Of a DNA stretch of 64,000 bases, positions 39,617 through 50,097 are shown one piece after another. The notes under the pieces were generated by a model. That model did not search any database, was not told the DNA's origin, and was given only the letters and a program-made list of their open reading frames with translations. Source of the stretch: a virus; IMG/VR virus record IMGVR_UViG_3300035698_006717, positions 41,410 through 105,409 of that record. One strand, given 5' to 3'. How positions within the stretch are numbered: the stretch's first letter is position 1; each line of letters begins with the position of its first letter. The position numbers and the translations under genes were made by a program.

Positions 39617-40308
39617 GGTAGTAAGTTCTCCAATTCTCCAATTGAGTTTCTTATCATTAGTGCATCAATACTGAATGCAACAAGACCGTACCTTCTATAC
39701 TTAAGATAATACTCGTTAGTGTCTTCAACTAAATGGTATCCTCTTTTTCCTTCTGGTATTATATCAGCAAATGTTCTCATAGCTCTTCTGAACCCTTGAG
39801 TATCAAAATCTCCTGCTTTGCCATATGATTTAGATAGGTCATATGGCCCAACCATAAAGCAGCTTATATTATCACAATTCTCTAAAGCAACTAAGTTGTC
39901 TATTGCTATATTGCTTTCTATTTGTATCATTTGCAGAGGTTCTTTATTGCAAAGCTCCATTCTTCCCCATCTATTCTCTCTACAGTACCCAACTCCTCTT
40001 GAAGGGTATTTACATATTCTGTTAATCTTATGTATCTGAGGCACACTATCAATATTGGCAAAAATTACTCCATCAGCTCCTGCATCTAAACACATCCTTA
40101 CTAGCCTCTCATCTATTGTAGGAACTCTAATAATAGGAGAGCAGTCGCAACGGCTAATTATTTGTATACAGTTGAATATAGTTTCATCATTGAAGCATCC
40201 GTGTTCAAGATCAAGAACTACTCCATCATATCCAATAGCACTTGCAAGCATTTCAGAGATTAATGGAGAAGGTATTTGTTGCCAAAGAACCTTCATTTGT
40301 TTAGACAT
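39613..40308 (-). CDS. HpcH/HpaI class II pyruvate aldolase
   Basis: LDLEHG, IRVP, LDAGADG, QIES, VGPYDLS. Confidence 0.9.
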   Translation of the reverse strand: MSKQMKVLWQQIPSPLISEMLASAIGYDGVVLDLEHGCFNDETIFNCIQIISRCDCSPIIRVPTIDERLVRMCLDAGADGVIFANIDSVPQIHKINRICKYPSRGVGYCRENRWGRMELCNKEPLQMIQIESNIAIDNLVALENCDNISCFMVGPYDLSKSYGKAGDFDTQGFRRAMRTFADIIPEGKRGYHLVEDTNEYYLKYRRYGLVAFSIDALMIRNSIGELENLLP

Positions 40309-40955
40309 AGAACACTCCCATCATAGAATTTTGAATAGATAGTTGGAGTTATAATCTTGAATTTTATTCCTGCTTTATCTATATTCTGTAAGACTCTGTA
40401 TATGAAGTGATCTTTCTTCTTTTCCCAATCCATATTATCAGAATCAGTAAATCCTTCTCCATAACAATGCTGAGTACCTTCTTGAGGATTAGAATAACCA
40501 TCTGCACCTATAACATATATATTCTTAGCTCCCATAAGATGAGCTATCATTATTGCCAAGTTGCCACCTATTCGGTAGAATCCTTGTATCCTATTATTCT
40601 TGTATTCTATAGGTTCATTCTTATTGTGGAAGTCATCAGTATACGGAATAGTACACTTACTATTTGATTTATCTTCAACACACTTTAGAGTATCAGAGAA
40701 TAGATGGCTTCCTAGTAGTAATGTAGAAGATGGTTGTATGCATTTGTGAAAACGCTTCAGCCTTTTATTGTTTACCCATAAATGATAATGAGGTTTATAG
40801 AAATGAGTCATCTTATTGATGCCAATAACTACTGGATTAACCTTTCTTGACATCCAATCCTTTATCTTATCATCATATAGACGTACTGAATTAGCAGAGC
40901 CATATATTAGAAAATCTCTGCCCCTATGGTAATTAATTAGTTCTGAGAATTTCAC
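40293..40955 (-). CDS. Maf/DUF115-like (sialyltransferase-type) glycosyltransferase
   Basis: FLIYGSANS, VIGIN, A..IAHLMGAKNIYVIGADG. Confidence 0.65.
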   Translation of the reverse strand: MKFSELINYHRGRDFLIYGSANSVRLYDDKIKDWMSRKVNPVVIGINKMTHFYKPHYHLWVNNKRLKRFHKCIQPSSTLLLGSHLFSDTLKCVEDKSNSKCTIPYTDDFHNKNEPIEYKNNRIQGFYRIGGNLAIMIAHLMGAKNIYVIGADGYSNPQEGTQHCYGEGFTDSDNMDWEKKKDHFIYRVLQNIDKAGIKFKIITPTIYSKFYDGSVLCLNK

Positions 40956-41736
40956 CTTCGCCCCATATCATATCTGTTAATTTTTTCACATCTGGATCAA
41001 ATACTATACTTCTCCAAGTTTCATCATTTTCGTATAATTTCCATCTATTCAGCACATCCATTTCCTGAGCATTACCATCAAATTGTTTACCATTAAAGCT
41101 ACTACCTATTCCATAATTAGGAATTTTATTCAAACCTCTATCAGTATGCTTTAGGCCAAGCATATTGGATATTGCTTTTCTGGATGATTCACTACGGAAC
41201 CAATTATTAAAGTCTATGCAAACAGAATACTCAGGCAAACTATCCTCATAACCTAAATAGCTGTTATAATATTGCTTCAGCAGTCTTTTATATTTACCAT
41301 TCACAATCTGACTGTGTACATAGTTCAGCCTACTAGCTGTCATATTATATGGATCACGGATAGGAAGAACAAAGCATTTTATCTTACTCTTACCATAATT
41401 ATGGTTTGCTATCCTATCCATATTATCCTTAGTAATTTCCACTTCCTCATATCTAGTTATGAGGCATTTCCTATCAGCATATGGATTAGTATCCAAACTA
41501 AGCTGAGGCATCTTATAGTTGTATATACTATGCTCTTGTTTCTTCCTGAATATCTCAGGCTTAAGCGCAAATGTCTTAGGATCAGTATTTAGAAGATGAA
41601 CCTCTCCATCTCCAAAATGATTGATAACCCAATTCATTATGGCATTACTACCGCTACGCTTCATACATAGGAAAATGAATTCATATTCATTCTCAATCTG
41701 AGATAAACGATCTCTGTTAAATGTCACATGTGACAT
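40933..41736 (-). CDS. sulfotransferase-like P-loop protein
   Basis: MKRSGSNAI.NW, IRDPYN.TASR, GSSF...VLNRW. Confidence 0.7.
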   Translation of the reverse strand: MSHVTFNRDRLSQIENEYEFIFLCMKRSGSNAIMNWVINHFGDGEVHLLNTDPKTFALKPEIFRKKQEHSIYNYKMPQLSLDTNPYADRKCLITRYEEVEITKDNMDRIANHNYGKSKIKCFVLPIRDPYNMTASRLNYVHSQIVNGKYKRLLKQYYNSYLGYEDSLPEYSVCIDFNNWFRSESSRKAISNMLGLKHTDRGLNKIPNYGIGSSFNGKQFDGNAQEMDVLNRWKLYENDETWRSIVFDPDVKKLTDMIWGEGEILRTN

Positions 41737-42194
41737 TATACGCTCCACTTGCATATTTGTACAGGACATTCTATATTGAGAGCTATACAACAAGCTATTC
41801 TATGATGTCCTTCCCATATCTCACCACTAGCATATTTGGCAAATGGAACCAAAGGAGCCTCTAAAATAATAACAGGATTAGTAACTCCATTATTCAGTAT
41901 ATCTCCATACAAAGCTCTGAATTTGTCAATCTTATCTTCAATCCACTTATGCTTCCTACCATACAGCTTCTGCATCTTATAGTATGGCCCACTAAACCTA
42001 TTCATTAGTAGAGCTACGTGAGGAGAGTATATCATTCTCAAAGGTCTTTTAACATGAGATGTTGTACAAGATAAATATGCTTGATATCTATCGGGATTAT
42101 ATTGAGCACAAATATTCCTCAAGTCAGATGATTCTATAGTGCGCTCTGAAATAACTTCCAACTTAACTCTTTTGCAAAATCTATTGAAGTTCAT
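41736..42194 (-). CDS. ParB/sulfiredoxin-like domain protein
   Basis: I.NNG..NPV.I, IWEGHHRIA. Confidence 0.65.
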   Translation of the reverse strand: MNFNRFCKRVKLEVISERTIESSDLRNICAQYNPDRYQAYLSCTTSHVKRPLRMIYSPHVALLMNRFSGPYYKMQKLYGRKHKWIEDKIDKFRALYGDILNNGVTNPVIILEAPLVPFAKYASGEIWEGHHRIACCIALNIECPVQICKWSV

Positions 42195-42445
42195 CCTACC
42201 AAGTAATCCTTTCCCATACGTTTTATGACAGCCTTTTCATATTCTGGATTTTCCTCCCACCAGTCTTTATCAAATTCCTTGCTATTCTCATATAACTTCT
42301 TTGACATCTTCTTAGCCATCTTTTGGCATTCTGAAAGGCGCTTCCTAACTTTTAGATCATGTCGAGTATCTGCTTGGTGCATATCATTAACTTCTCTGAG
42401 GACTTCGCATAAAGTCCTTTTGTTGTTTGCAAATCTCATGCTCAT
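42191..42445 (-). CDS. hypothetical protein
   Basis: ATGA overlaps on both sides. Confidence 0.65.
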   Translation of the reverse strand: MSMRFANNKRTLCEVLREVNDMHQADTRHDLKVRKRLSECQKMAKKMSKKLYENSKEFDKDWWEENPEYEKAVIKRMGKDYLVG

Positions 42446-43089
42446 CTGTTCATAAACCTTTCATAAGTTTCTGAAAATGGTAGAAGACCAAACTTAGATC
42501 CACTTTTCCATAAACAATATGCTAGACTAATCTGATCTCTGTATGTATACTTCCGTATCTCTTCCCACCACATTTCCATCAAAGAAGTCACTCTTGCATT
42601 ATTTCTTCGTAACATTATGCCAGGAGCAAATAGGCCAAATTCTTTAGGAAATCCATCTGTACCATAATGAAACAGTTGCTGACTTATTACAGAAGGGGAT
42701 GCTATACCTTGGTTGATAACATAATCACCTTCACTGTAAGCACAATTCCTCCTATTGTGTTTCATTACAGCTATGTCATCAAATCCTAGATGAATTCTTA
42801 GGAATGAATCAAGATTAGTCTTAATTGTGAATCTAGCATCAAGGAAAAGAGAGTAGTTAAACTTTGGCAAGTAATTATGCTGCAATATCTTGATCTTTCT
42901 AGATAGCTTCTGATTGGTTTGATTCTTATCTTGTATTTCAATAAGCTCCCATTTGCTATCCTTCCTTATCTTCAGATTCTTATTCCTGCTATAGAAGCAT
43001 ATGTGCTTCCAATCTTTATTCTCTGCAATTGGTTCATGCAGTTCATATTCATTACCTATTATGGTAGTGTACACAATCTTATCTGCCAT
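42442..43089 (-). CDS. DUF616/TOD1-MUCI70-like glycosyltransferase domain
   Basis: VYTTIIG.EY, SRKIKIL.H, FLDA, H..RNC.Y.EG, RDQISL.Y.LWK. Confidence 0.8.
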   Translation of the reverse strand: MADKIVYTTIIGNEYELHEPIAENKDWKHICFYSRNKNLKIRKDSKWELIEIQDKNQTNQKLSRKIKILQHNYLPKFNYSLFLDARFTIKTNLDSFLRIHLGFDDIAVMKHNRRNCAYSEGDYVINQGIASPSVISQQLFHYGTDGFPKEFGLFAPGIMLRRNNARVTSLMEMWWEEIRKYTYRDQISLAYCLWKSGSKFGLLPFSETYERFMNR

Positions 43090-43651
43090 GCTCTAGGCTC
43101 CAAGTGTGAAGTTTTAATTTTCTGCGCTCCAGTTGAGAAATCAATATATTGTGTTGTTCTTCTTCCATCCTTATCTTCTTCCAGTGCCAAGCTACATGTA
43201 GCTCATTAATCCATTCTATAGTACCATCACCAATCATTTTATTAAGAACTCTATATTCGGCCCCTTCTATATTCAGCTTGCATACAATATGGTCAGTAGG
43301 CTTGCAGTGTTTTTTAATCCATTCGCTGAAATCAATACATTCAACTTTCATATCGTTAGTTTTATGATGATGAATTATCCTCTTGTTCTCTAACAGAGAG
43401 CTTGACTCACTATACTGATTGACTCCTGTCTTAAGAGTTTTGATACAATTAGTATCCCAAACAGCTTTTCCAATAAACTCTACCTGACCACCATATCCTT
43501 TCTTTCTGATGTTCTTTCTCATCTTTAACATTATCTCAGAATTACACTCAAAAGCATATATCATATATTTGCAAGTATCATCACAGTTCTCAATAAAGTG
43601 AATGGTAGAGTTGCCCTTCCAAGCTCCGCAGTCTAGAAATATTTTTCTCAT
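43079..43651 (-). CDS. FkbM-family methyltransferase
   Basis: FLDCGAWKG, YAFECN, AVW, KLNIEGAEY. Confidence 0.88.
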   Translation of the reverse strand: MRKIFLDCGAWKGNSTIHFIENCDDTCKYMIYAFECNSEIMLKMRKNIRKKGYGGQVEFIGKAVWDTNCIKTLKTGVNQYSESSSLLENKRIIHHHKTNDMKVECIDFSEWIKKHCKPTDHIVCKLNIEGAEYRVLNKMIGDGTIEWINELHVAWHWKKIRMEEEQHNILISQLERRKLKLHTWSLEHGR

Positions 43652-43654
43652 AAC

Positions 43655-44197
43655 CTACTTCCACATCAGCTGACGGTTACATTTTCTGACAATAGTGATG
43701 CCATAGTAGAATGGCAGAGTAACTATTTCACAATCATTCTTACAAGTATTCCTTATCTCTGAAGCAGTCTCCCAACAATCATTGCAGTGATCATCAATAA
43801 ACTCTTTTGATGGAGGGTAAGTATCATGAAGAAGAATTATACCATTATCACTAACATGAGGAAAAGCGTTAGCAAAGTCTAATAGGGAGGCATCCTTCTT
43901 ATGCTGGGCATCTATAAATACCAAATCAAATTTCAAGTCATTAGGTATCTCCATAAAGAACTGGTTAGTACTTCTACCATAATATATGCCATTAGTAGCT
44001 CTCATATATTTTTTGTTCACAGCTTTTATTTCTACCGCATATGCTGTCTTTGCAAAAGGGGCTACTACGTTGAAACAATTACAAGCCCTTACTCCTAATT
44101 CAAGATAGTTCTCTAATGCGCCTGCTTCCATCAGTCCTTCTGCAATAGTCTTAACTACCCTAATGTGACTATTCTTATCAAATGGCATCTTCATCAT
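43655..44197 (-). CDS. class I SAM methyltransferase (Methyltransf_24-like)
   Basis: YLELGV, FDLVFIDA.H, GIILLHDT. Confidence 0.88.
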   Translation of the reverse strand: MMKMPFDKNSHIRVVKTIAEGLMEAGALENYLELGVRACNCFNVVAPFAKTAYAVEIKAVNKKYMRATNGIYYGRSTNQFFMEIPNDLKFDLVFIDAQHKKDASLLDFANAFPHVSDNGIILLHDTYPPSKEFIDDHCNDCWETASEIRNTCKNDCEIVTLPFYYGITIVRKCNRQLMWK

Positions 44198-44867
44198 AAC
44201 TCCTATGTAAAAAGTTTAGCAACCTATTATTGTAAATTGCGCATAGATCAAATCCTTCTTTTGCTGTTATTTCATTTCTTTTAGATAATGAATTAGCAAC
44301 TTCCATAGGATTCCTAAAACAACATATGTAGTGAGGTCTAGTAAGGTATGGGTGAAACAGCTCTATAGTAAGAGTAGTCCTTGGGTCTTTCCATCCCCAC
44401 AGCTTCCTATAATTACAGCTATGCACAAGATCTTTTATGCTACTATGAAAAGTTTCAGCTTGGTCTAGTATTGAATCTGAACTAGGAGGGTTTGACCAAC
44501 TACCTCCTGCAGCAGATAGTATTGCATTATTTAATTTGACAAATTCTCTATCTTCATAGTGTCCAAATTTATTGTCTTCTTTAGGGGCAGATTTTACATC
44601 ATCTCCCATATGTACAGTATATTCATCTAAACTTCTTGAGATTAGAGATGTTGCTGATCTATGCATACCTAGTACTACAAAAGTTTTATATACAGAATTT
44701 TCCTTATCTATAGAGTGGAAATCTTCTGCCATCTTCTGGCGTACTGTATTACCAGCCTTGCTATTTCTCGTCTCTTTCCTATTGAGGTATAATGCTTCTT
44801 CCCTTAACCTTTTTCTTTCTGATTCAATCTCTTTCTGCTTCTTTTGATTTGTGCTAATAGGCCTCAT
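44178..44867 (-). CDS. sulfotransferase family protein
   Basis: VLGMHRSATS, WGWKDPR, RNP.EVA.SL.KR. Confidence 0.85.
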   Translation of the reverse strand: MRPISTNQKKQKEIESERKRLREEALYLNRKETRNSKAGNTVRQKMAEDFHSIDKENSVYKTFVVLGMHRSATSLISRSLDEYTVHMGDDVKSAPKEDNKFGHYEDREFVKLNNAILSAAGGSWSNPPSSDSILDQAETFHSSIKDLVHSCNYRKLWGWKDPRTTLTIELFHPYLTRPHYICCFRNPMEVANSLSKRNEITAKEGFDLCAIYNNRLLNFLHRSYDEDAI

Positions 44868-45680
44868 AATGTTATACCATATTCTTGTTGAGTATATAGA
44901 TCAATCCTATTCTTCCAAGCCCTACCGTAAAACCCACTTAGAGGATGCGCCCTACTAGCTTGCTTATGAGTTCCAAATATCTTTCCTTCATAGTGCCACT
45001 CGCACATATGCTCTGGCTTCTTGACACATTGGAATCGTTGTTCATCATTTGCCCAAGGTAATTGCCTTCTATTACTACGAGACAGCACGCACTCCATATA
45101 TCTACCGTCACCCTTGAGGGCTACTGGCAGTACTCCATCCAGTATCACACTTGACTCTAGCGCCCAAGTGAGAATTCCTGTAACCTGCTTCAAGTTTATT
45201 TCTGATATGGTACTTTTTAACGCTCTCTCTCTTAGGGTGCACGTTAGGTGTGAAGTCAAGTTGTACATTCTCAAGCAATTCTTTTTTAAAGCAGAACATA
45301 AATATAGATGGAAATTTCTCTCTGGGCCTATTGAATCCATAACAAGCAACACCTTTATCTAGTTCCTTTATTATAATGTCATCCCATCCTTTTTGCAGAA
45401 GGCAGATATCTGCATCAATTAGTATAACATATTCCGCTGTAACTTTTGTTAAAGCATAGTTGACAGCTATAGCGTGATTGTAAGAAGAACAAATATGCTT
45501 TTGAGGTATTCTACCTAACACTTCCCAATACTTAGGTAATTCATTAGTATCACCTGACACTACGCACTTTAAGCGTATATGGTTATTACCACTTTGGAAT
45601 TTAACAATTGACTTATGCAGAAGTTCAACATACTCTCTAGATCCATCTGCAACAAATGTTACAACATCAATAGTTTTCAT
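44864..45680 (-). pseudogene. GT-A glycosyltransferase split by a +1 frameshift near 45132
   Basis: N-part with IDADI ends ...KCDTGW; the other frame continues LPVALKG...; deleting one base gives DTGW-R-LP. Confidence 0.7.
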
Positions 45681-47071
45681 TAGTAGCTCGGCTGATCAAA
45701 TAATGGTTTCTTTTGCCAAGTTACAAATCCTTGCTTCTTTTCTGGACGGTATAGATCAGTATTCTCCATCCATTCCCTACCAATATCTACAACAATTATC
45801 TCTTTTCCACTTGTAGGATACGCTTGTACTCTTTTGTAAGGATTCTTCCTATGCTTCCTAAATGGAATATCAGTTAGTCCAAACTTGTCTCCCTTAGTAT
45901 GTATCTGATTCTCTGGATTAGTGCGCGGATTAAAATTACCTGCAAAAGCCTTGTAGAATTTCTTGGTTAAAATTGCTGGAGAAGTGACGCAAGCAGGATA
46001 TTTATAACTATAGGCCCGTAGTACTACTTGGTATAGGGTTGGTACCAATTTGAACATGCTGAGAACCTCTTGTATGTGCACTACCCTATCTAGTACCCAA
46101 TCGTCCTCTAGATTAAGGATATACTCATTTGAGGCTTGAGACCAGCACCAGTTAAAAGCCTCAGAATAACTTGCCTTCTTAGGAAAGTTTGCCACTACAT
46201 TACCAACATACTTCTTACACACTTCTGAAACTCTCTTTGCCTTACCTTTTGGTATTGGATCAACATTTATGAATAGTGTAGAGTTCTTCCAATCTACCCC
46301 TAACATATTCTTTGCAAATGAGGCAAAAGTTCTTTCTACAATCTCTGGTCTTATTGTAGCAGTAGTGGTAATCTGAATAGGGATGTCAGGAGTATCCTTG
46401 TACTTCTCTTGTAGTTCTACTATATCCAACAATCTTAATTTCGGAGCAACAAAGTCTGGTTCAATAGCAGTCTTTGATACTACAGACCGTTTCCTAAAGA
46501 ATGCTAGTTTGTCATGACAGAAAAGACTTACCCTTTTGGTATTATGTTCAACATACTTATCTGGATACTTACCAGTATTGACAAACTCTTGTATGAGTTT
46601 AACTGTTTTGACATAACCAGAATTGCACTTGTAGTTCAAATCTTCTATGACATAGAATCCGCCAGTGTTAATACGAGGATATAACCAATTCATAGTATAC
46701 TGCTGGTCTTCTGGCCTATGAGAACCATCATCTATAATGATATCAAACATAGGGCAGTCTTCAAGTATTTTATTCAGAACTTCCTCGTCAGCTTGTTTTC
46801 CTTCATACAAGTGGAACCTATCAGTATCTATGCCCAACTCTTTCATAGTAAGTGGTAGCATATCTAATCCGTAAACTTGAGAATTAGGAAAGTAGTCTAG
46901 CCACATCTTAATAGATGCTCCCTTATCCACTCCTATCTCAAGTATATTGATTTGATCAAGTCTCACATCAGAGAACATGGAATCATAGCTCTTAGTATAG
47001 TAATGCTTCATCGGCCCCTTATCAGTACCGTGGGATTTTGCTAATTTAGTCAGAGATAACATTAGTTCCAT
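45680..47071 (-). CDS. SAM methyltransferase fused to GT-A glycosyltransferase
   Basis: GTDKG..HYY..Y, ILEIGV..GAS, DIIIDDGSH, YVIEDL; C-half TAT.RP, NVDP, LNLEDDW. Confidence 0.88.
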   Translation of the reverse strand: MELMLSLTKLAKSHGTDKGPMKHYYTKSYDSMFSDVRLDQINILEIGVDKGASIKMWLDYFPNSQVYGLDMLPLTMKELGIDTDRFHLYEGKQADEEVLNKILEDCPMFDIIIDDGSHRPEDQQYTMNWLYPRINTGGFYVIEDLNYKCNSGYVKTVKLIQEFVNTGKYPDKYVEHNTKRVSLFCHDKLAFFRKRSVVSKTAIEPDFVAPKLRLLDIVELQEKYKDTPDIPIQITTTATIRPEIVERTFASFAKNMLGVDWKNSTLFINVDPIPKGKAKRVSEVCKKYVGNVVANFPKKASYSEAFNWCWSQASNEYILNLEDDWVLDRVVHIQEVLSMFKLVPTLYQVVLRAYSYKYPACVTSPAILTKKFYKAFAGNFNPRTNPENQIHTKGDKFGLTDIPFRKHRKNPYKRVQAYPTSGKEIIVVDIGREWMENTDLYRPEKKQGFVTWQKKPLFDQPSY

Positions 47072-47709
47072 TCTCCTGTGAATGATAGATAATTCCCATT
47101 CCTATGCAAATCAATATTACCTAGAGTTTTGCTATATTCTTCCCAAGTTATAGGTTGGCCACCAGTTTTGAAGCAAACCATAGATTCATTAATTGTTCCA
47201 TATTCTTTTATAATGCCAAGCAACTGAGATAGGTTGAATTCTGAAGAATAGTAATTTTTGTTTTTGTGAAATTTTGACTTAAGAGTACCGCTTTTCATCC
47301 TCCATTTAAATAATGTAAAATAGAATGACTTTGATACTCTTGACATTTCTTTAATTGTTTTGGCTATATCAGGAGAATGTTCCAATATGCAAGATCCATA
47401 TATCAAATCAAAATTCTTATCACCTACCTTCAAATCAGCCATATCAATACAAATATTAGGGAATCGTTTATTATCTGCGTGATTTAAAAATGTTGAAGAT
47501 ACATCTCCTATTACATAGTGTATCTGAGGGCAAGCCTCTCTAATAGCTTGCGCTTCTATTGCTTCTCCTGCACCTATCTCTAGTATGCTTTCTGGCTTAG
47601 TGGCACATACATAATCAGCAAACAGCTTTCTGTGAGAGTGATCCCTAATGGAGTTGATCCAAGGTATCTTACCAATAACATAATTGTCCCACTTACTTTT
47701 GTAATCCAT
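47062..47709 (-). CDS. class I SAM methyltransferase
   Basis: ILEIGAG, FDLIY...ILEH.PD....IKEM.RV. Confidence 0.85.
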   Translation of the reverse strand: MDYKSKWDNYVIGKIPWINSIRDHSHRKLFADYVCATKPESILEIGAGEAIEAQAIREACPQIHYVIGDVSSTFLNHADNKRFPNICIDMADLKVGDKNFDLIYGSCILEHSPDIAKTIKEMSRVSKSFYFTLFKWRMKSGTLKSKFHKNKNYYSSEFNLSQLLGIIKEYGTINESMVCFKTGGQPITWEEYSKTLGNIDLHRNGNYLSFTGEWN

Positions 47710-48518
47710 TATGCCCCCAATAGATTTTCTTTTTTACCAGATATTTTAGTTCTACCTGATTGTTTAAGATGTTTTATGTACACGCCTTTGCTAGTCTTTT
47801 TACCAAGTGCATCCTCAAGCCTATTATACTTTTCAGCTTCAAATAGACCTATCATGCAATCTCTAAATGTAAATGATAGAAAATCCTTGACTCTTATATT
47901 TGGAGATCTTTTCAGCCTATTAGATATTATTGCAGATAAAAATACTTGGTCAGTCCAACATCTTAGATTAGTACGGAAGTGCCTTTTGTGCTCAGGACGC
48001 TTTGGATCTTCTAGAGTTTTGAATATCTCATCATATTCTGGCAGAGTTGGATCACCACCAGCTCTTATAACATCGCAAGCATAAGCCAATATTTCAAAAG
48101 AAGTAGTGGTATTTTTGGCAAATATAACTCCACCATTAGCATAAGCTCTAGGGCACTTAATACCAATCATATCATTACGGGTAGTAATACCTAATGCAAA
48201 TGGCCATCTAGATACTGCGCTGCACCAATCCTTTACAAAACAAGTATCTGCATCAACAAAAGTAATTACACCATCTGGATTTTTGAAATCTATTTGATCC
48301 TGTAGGAATACAAATTTAAGGCTTTGCATTTCAGTGTCAAATCGTTCTTGACGAATTTTCACATACTTTATATTATGCTTCTCTAGTATATGGATTTGCT
48401 TATCAGTTAGATCAGGCCCATACATAAAGAAATCTGCTTTGACCTTATGCCTTGTTGAGATAAAAAATTTAGCATACCTGAAGTATTCTGAATTACAAAT
48501 TGTAATAACCTTGTGCAT
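47709..48518 (-). CDS. nucleotide-diphospho-sugar transferase (GT-A)
   Basis: FVDADT, ANGGVIF, TDQVFL; start moved to MHKVIT. Confidence 0.75.
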   Translation of the reverse strand: MHKVITICNSEYFRYAKFFISTRHKVKADFFMYGPDLTDKQIHILEKHNIKYVKIRQERFDTEMQSLKFVFLQDQIDFKNPDGVITFVDADTCFVKDWCSAVSRWPFALGITTRNDMIGIKCPRAYANGGVIFAKNTTTSFEILAYACDVIRAGGDPTLPEYDEIFKTLEDPKRPEHKRHFRTNLRCWTDQVFLSAIISNRLKRSPNIRVKDFLSFTFRDCMIGLFEAEKYNRLEDALGKKTSKGVYIKHLKQSGRTKISGKKENLLGA

Positions 48519-49447
48519 TATCTCACCCCTAGGTGGTTCTTTATATTGTCCCATGATATCTGTAGAGTATAGCTGTTTAAGGCAAAATCCCGACAATCTT
48601 GTAATTTTATAGGAGACCAATTTTTTAGAGCATATTCTGCTTTAGTTGCCAATTGCTTTTTCTTGCAAAGGAAAGTATTGACTCCTTCGCATACATACAC
48701 ATCGTTAATAGGAGCGCTGATATTATATATGACAGGAACTCCAGACATAGTAAATTCTAAAAATGTCTGAGGGAATCCTTCTGCTGGGTGCTCTGTGAAT
48801 AGGATACCCACCTTGCCAATAGATATACTATGTGATACTGCATCCATATTTGCAAATGGAGTATATTCTATATAATGGTGAGTATCGCCTACTCTATCTT
48901 TGTGTTTGGCCCCTCCTATCCAAAGTATGCGTCGCGGTTCCATTACTTGCTTGGTAAGTTCCTTGATAAAATGAACTTCATTTTTATCCCCTCTTTTCCC
49001 ACAAAGGATGTAATCATATTCATGACCTTGAGATGGGAACCAATAGTCAGGATTCTTACCTTTGATATGTAATTTAGCATTTCCCTTTATTCTTTCAGGA
49101 GTATCTACTAAAGAAACATGAGCATGCTTATTATACATATTACGGTTGCAACAAGAATAATAGACTTTCTTGTTAGGTATTCTATCAAGAATCATATCTT
49201 TCTTAGGATCGTGCTTAACAGACCATACTATTGCCTCAGGGTGGCTCTTACAAAATTCTACTACATCATGCAAATTAGTAATGCTATATTCCCAAGGCTT
49301 GCGAACTGTCTGTTCACTTAAGTATATCACGCAGCCATACTTCTTTGCATACTCTCTGTATCCACAAGTACACTTACCATCTATCATCATCTGTTGCTTA
49401 GCATTGTGGCCTTTAGATAGACCGCCATAAAGCATTATCAGCTCCAT
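48518..49447 (-). CDS. glycosyltransferase, GT-B/GT4-like
   Basis: EGFPQTFLEF.MSGVPVI. Confidence 0.75.
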   Translation of the reverse strand: MELIMLYGGLSKGHNAKQQMMIDGKCTCGYREYAKKYGCVIYLSEQTVRKPWEYSITNLHDVVEFCKSHPEAIVWSVKHDPKKDMILDRIPNKKVYYSCCNRNMYNKHAHVSLVDTPERIKGNAKLHIKGKNPDYWFPSQGHEYDYILCGKRGDKNEVHFIKELTKQVMEPRRILWIGGAKHKDRVGDTHHYIEYTPFANMDAVSHSISIGKVGILFTEHPAEGFPQTFLEFTMSGVPVIYNISAPINDVYVCEGVNTFLCKKKQLATKAEYALKNWSPIKLQDCRDFALNSYTLQISWDNIKNHLGVR

Positions 49448-50097
49448 GTAATACTCCTATCCTTATTTTTGTTCCACTTCTGTAGACCTCTTTCTGCTCT
49501 CCAAGATCTACCATTATCCTTACAGTATGGCCCACCACGCCAATCTGATCTTTCGTTAGCAGAAGGTAATAAGCTATCAATCATCTTGCTAACAGATCCT
49601 ACTCTAAGCTGCTTCTCTGGATCTTTATCATCCACCATAGATTCAGATAACTGTCTTACTAGATCACCTTTCCAAAGAGAAGGTTGGCAAGCTACTTTAT
49701 CCAATCTTGCAGCGCCTTCTTTAGGGAACCGTATGTATCTTATACCGTGGCTGATAGATGCCAATATGCTATCTAATTTTATCTCTTTAGTGAATAACCA
49801 ATCATCCTCTAAGTGGAATACCCAATCTGATTCTGAATTTTGCCAAACACTCCTAACAGCTTTGGCAAAATTTGGATTATCATTTGTACTTAATTTCCTT
49901 ACTGGGAAATAGTGCCAAGCTACCTTGAGACATTCGTGAGCTAGATCAGTAGCCTTCCTTAATGACATCCTAGGTGCAAAATCTGTATTCAGTATAATCT
50001 GAAATCCTTCTTTACTACTAACATTTTTCTTGAAGCTATCTAAAGTCTGATTTAGAAGATCAGGACGCAAGGTAGCAACTAAACATATATCAATCAT
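49438..50097 (-). CDS. GT-A glycosyltransferase (paralog of the C-half of 45680-47071)
   Basis: ATLRP, FHLEDDW, QPSLW, DPEKQ, D.GR.W. Confidence 0.8.
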   Translation of the reverse strand: MIDICLVATLRPDLLNQTLDSFKKNVSSKEGFQIILNTDFAPRMSLRKATDLAHECLKVAWHYFPVRKLSTNDNPNFAKAVRSVWQNSESDWVFHLEDDWLFTKEIKLDSILASISHGIRYIRFPKEGAARLDKVACQPSLWKGDLVRQLSESMVDDKDPEKQLRVGSVSKMIDSLLPSANERSDWRGGPYCKDNGRSWRAERGLQKWNKNKDRSITWS

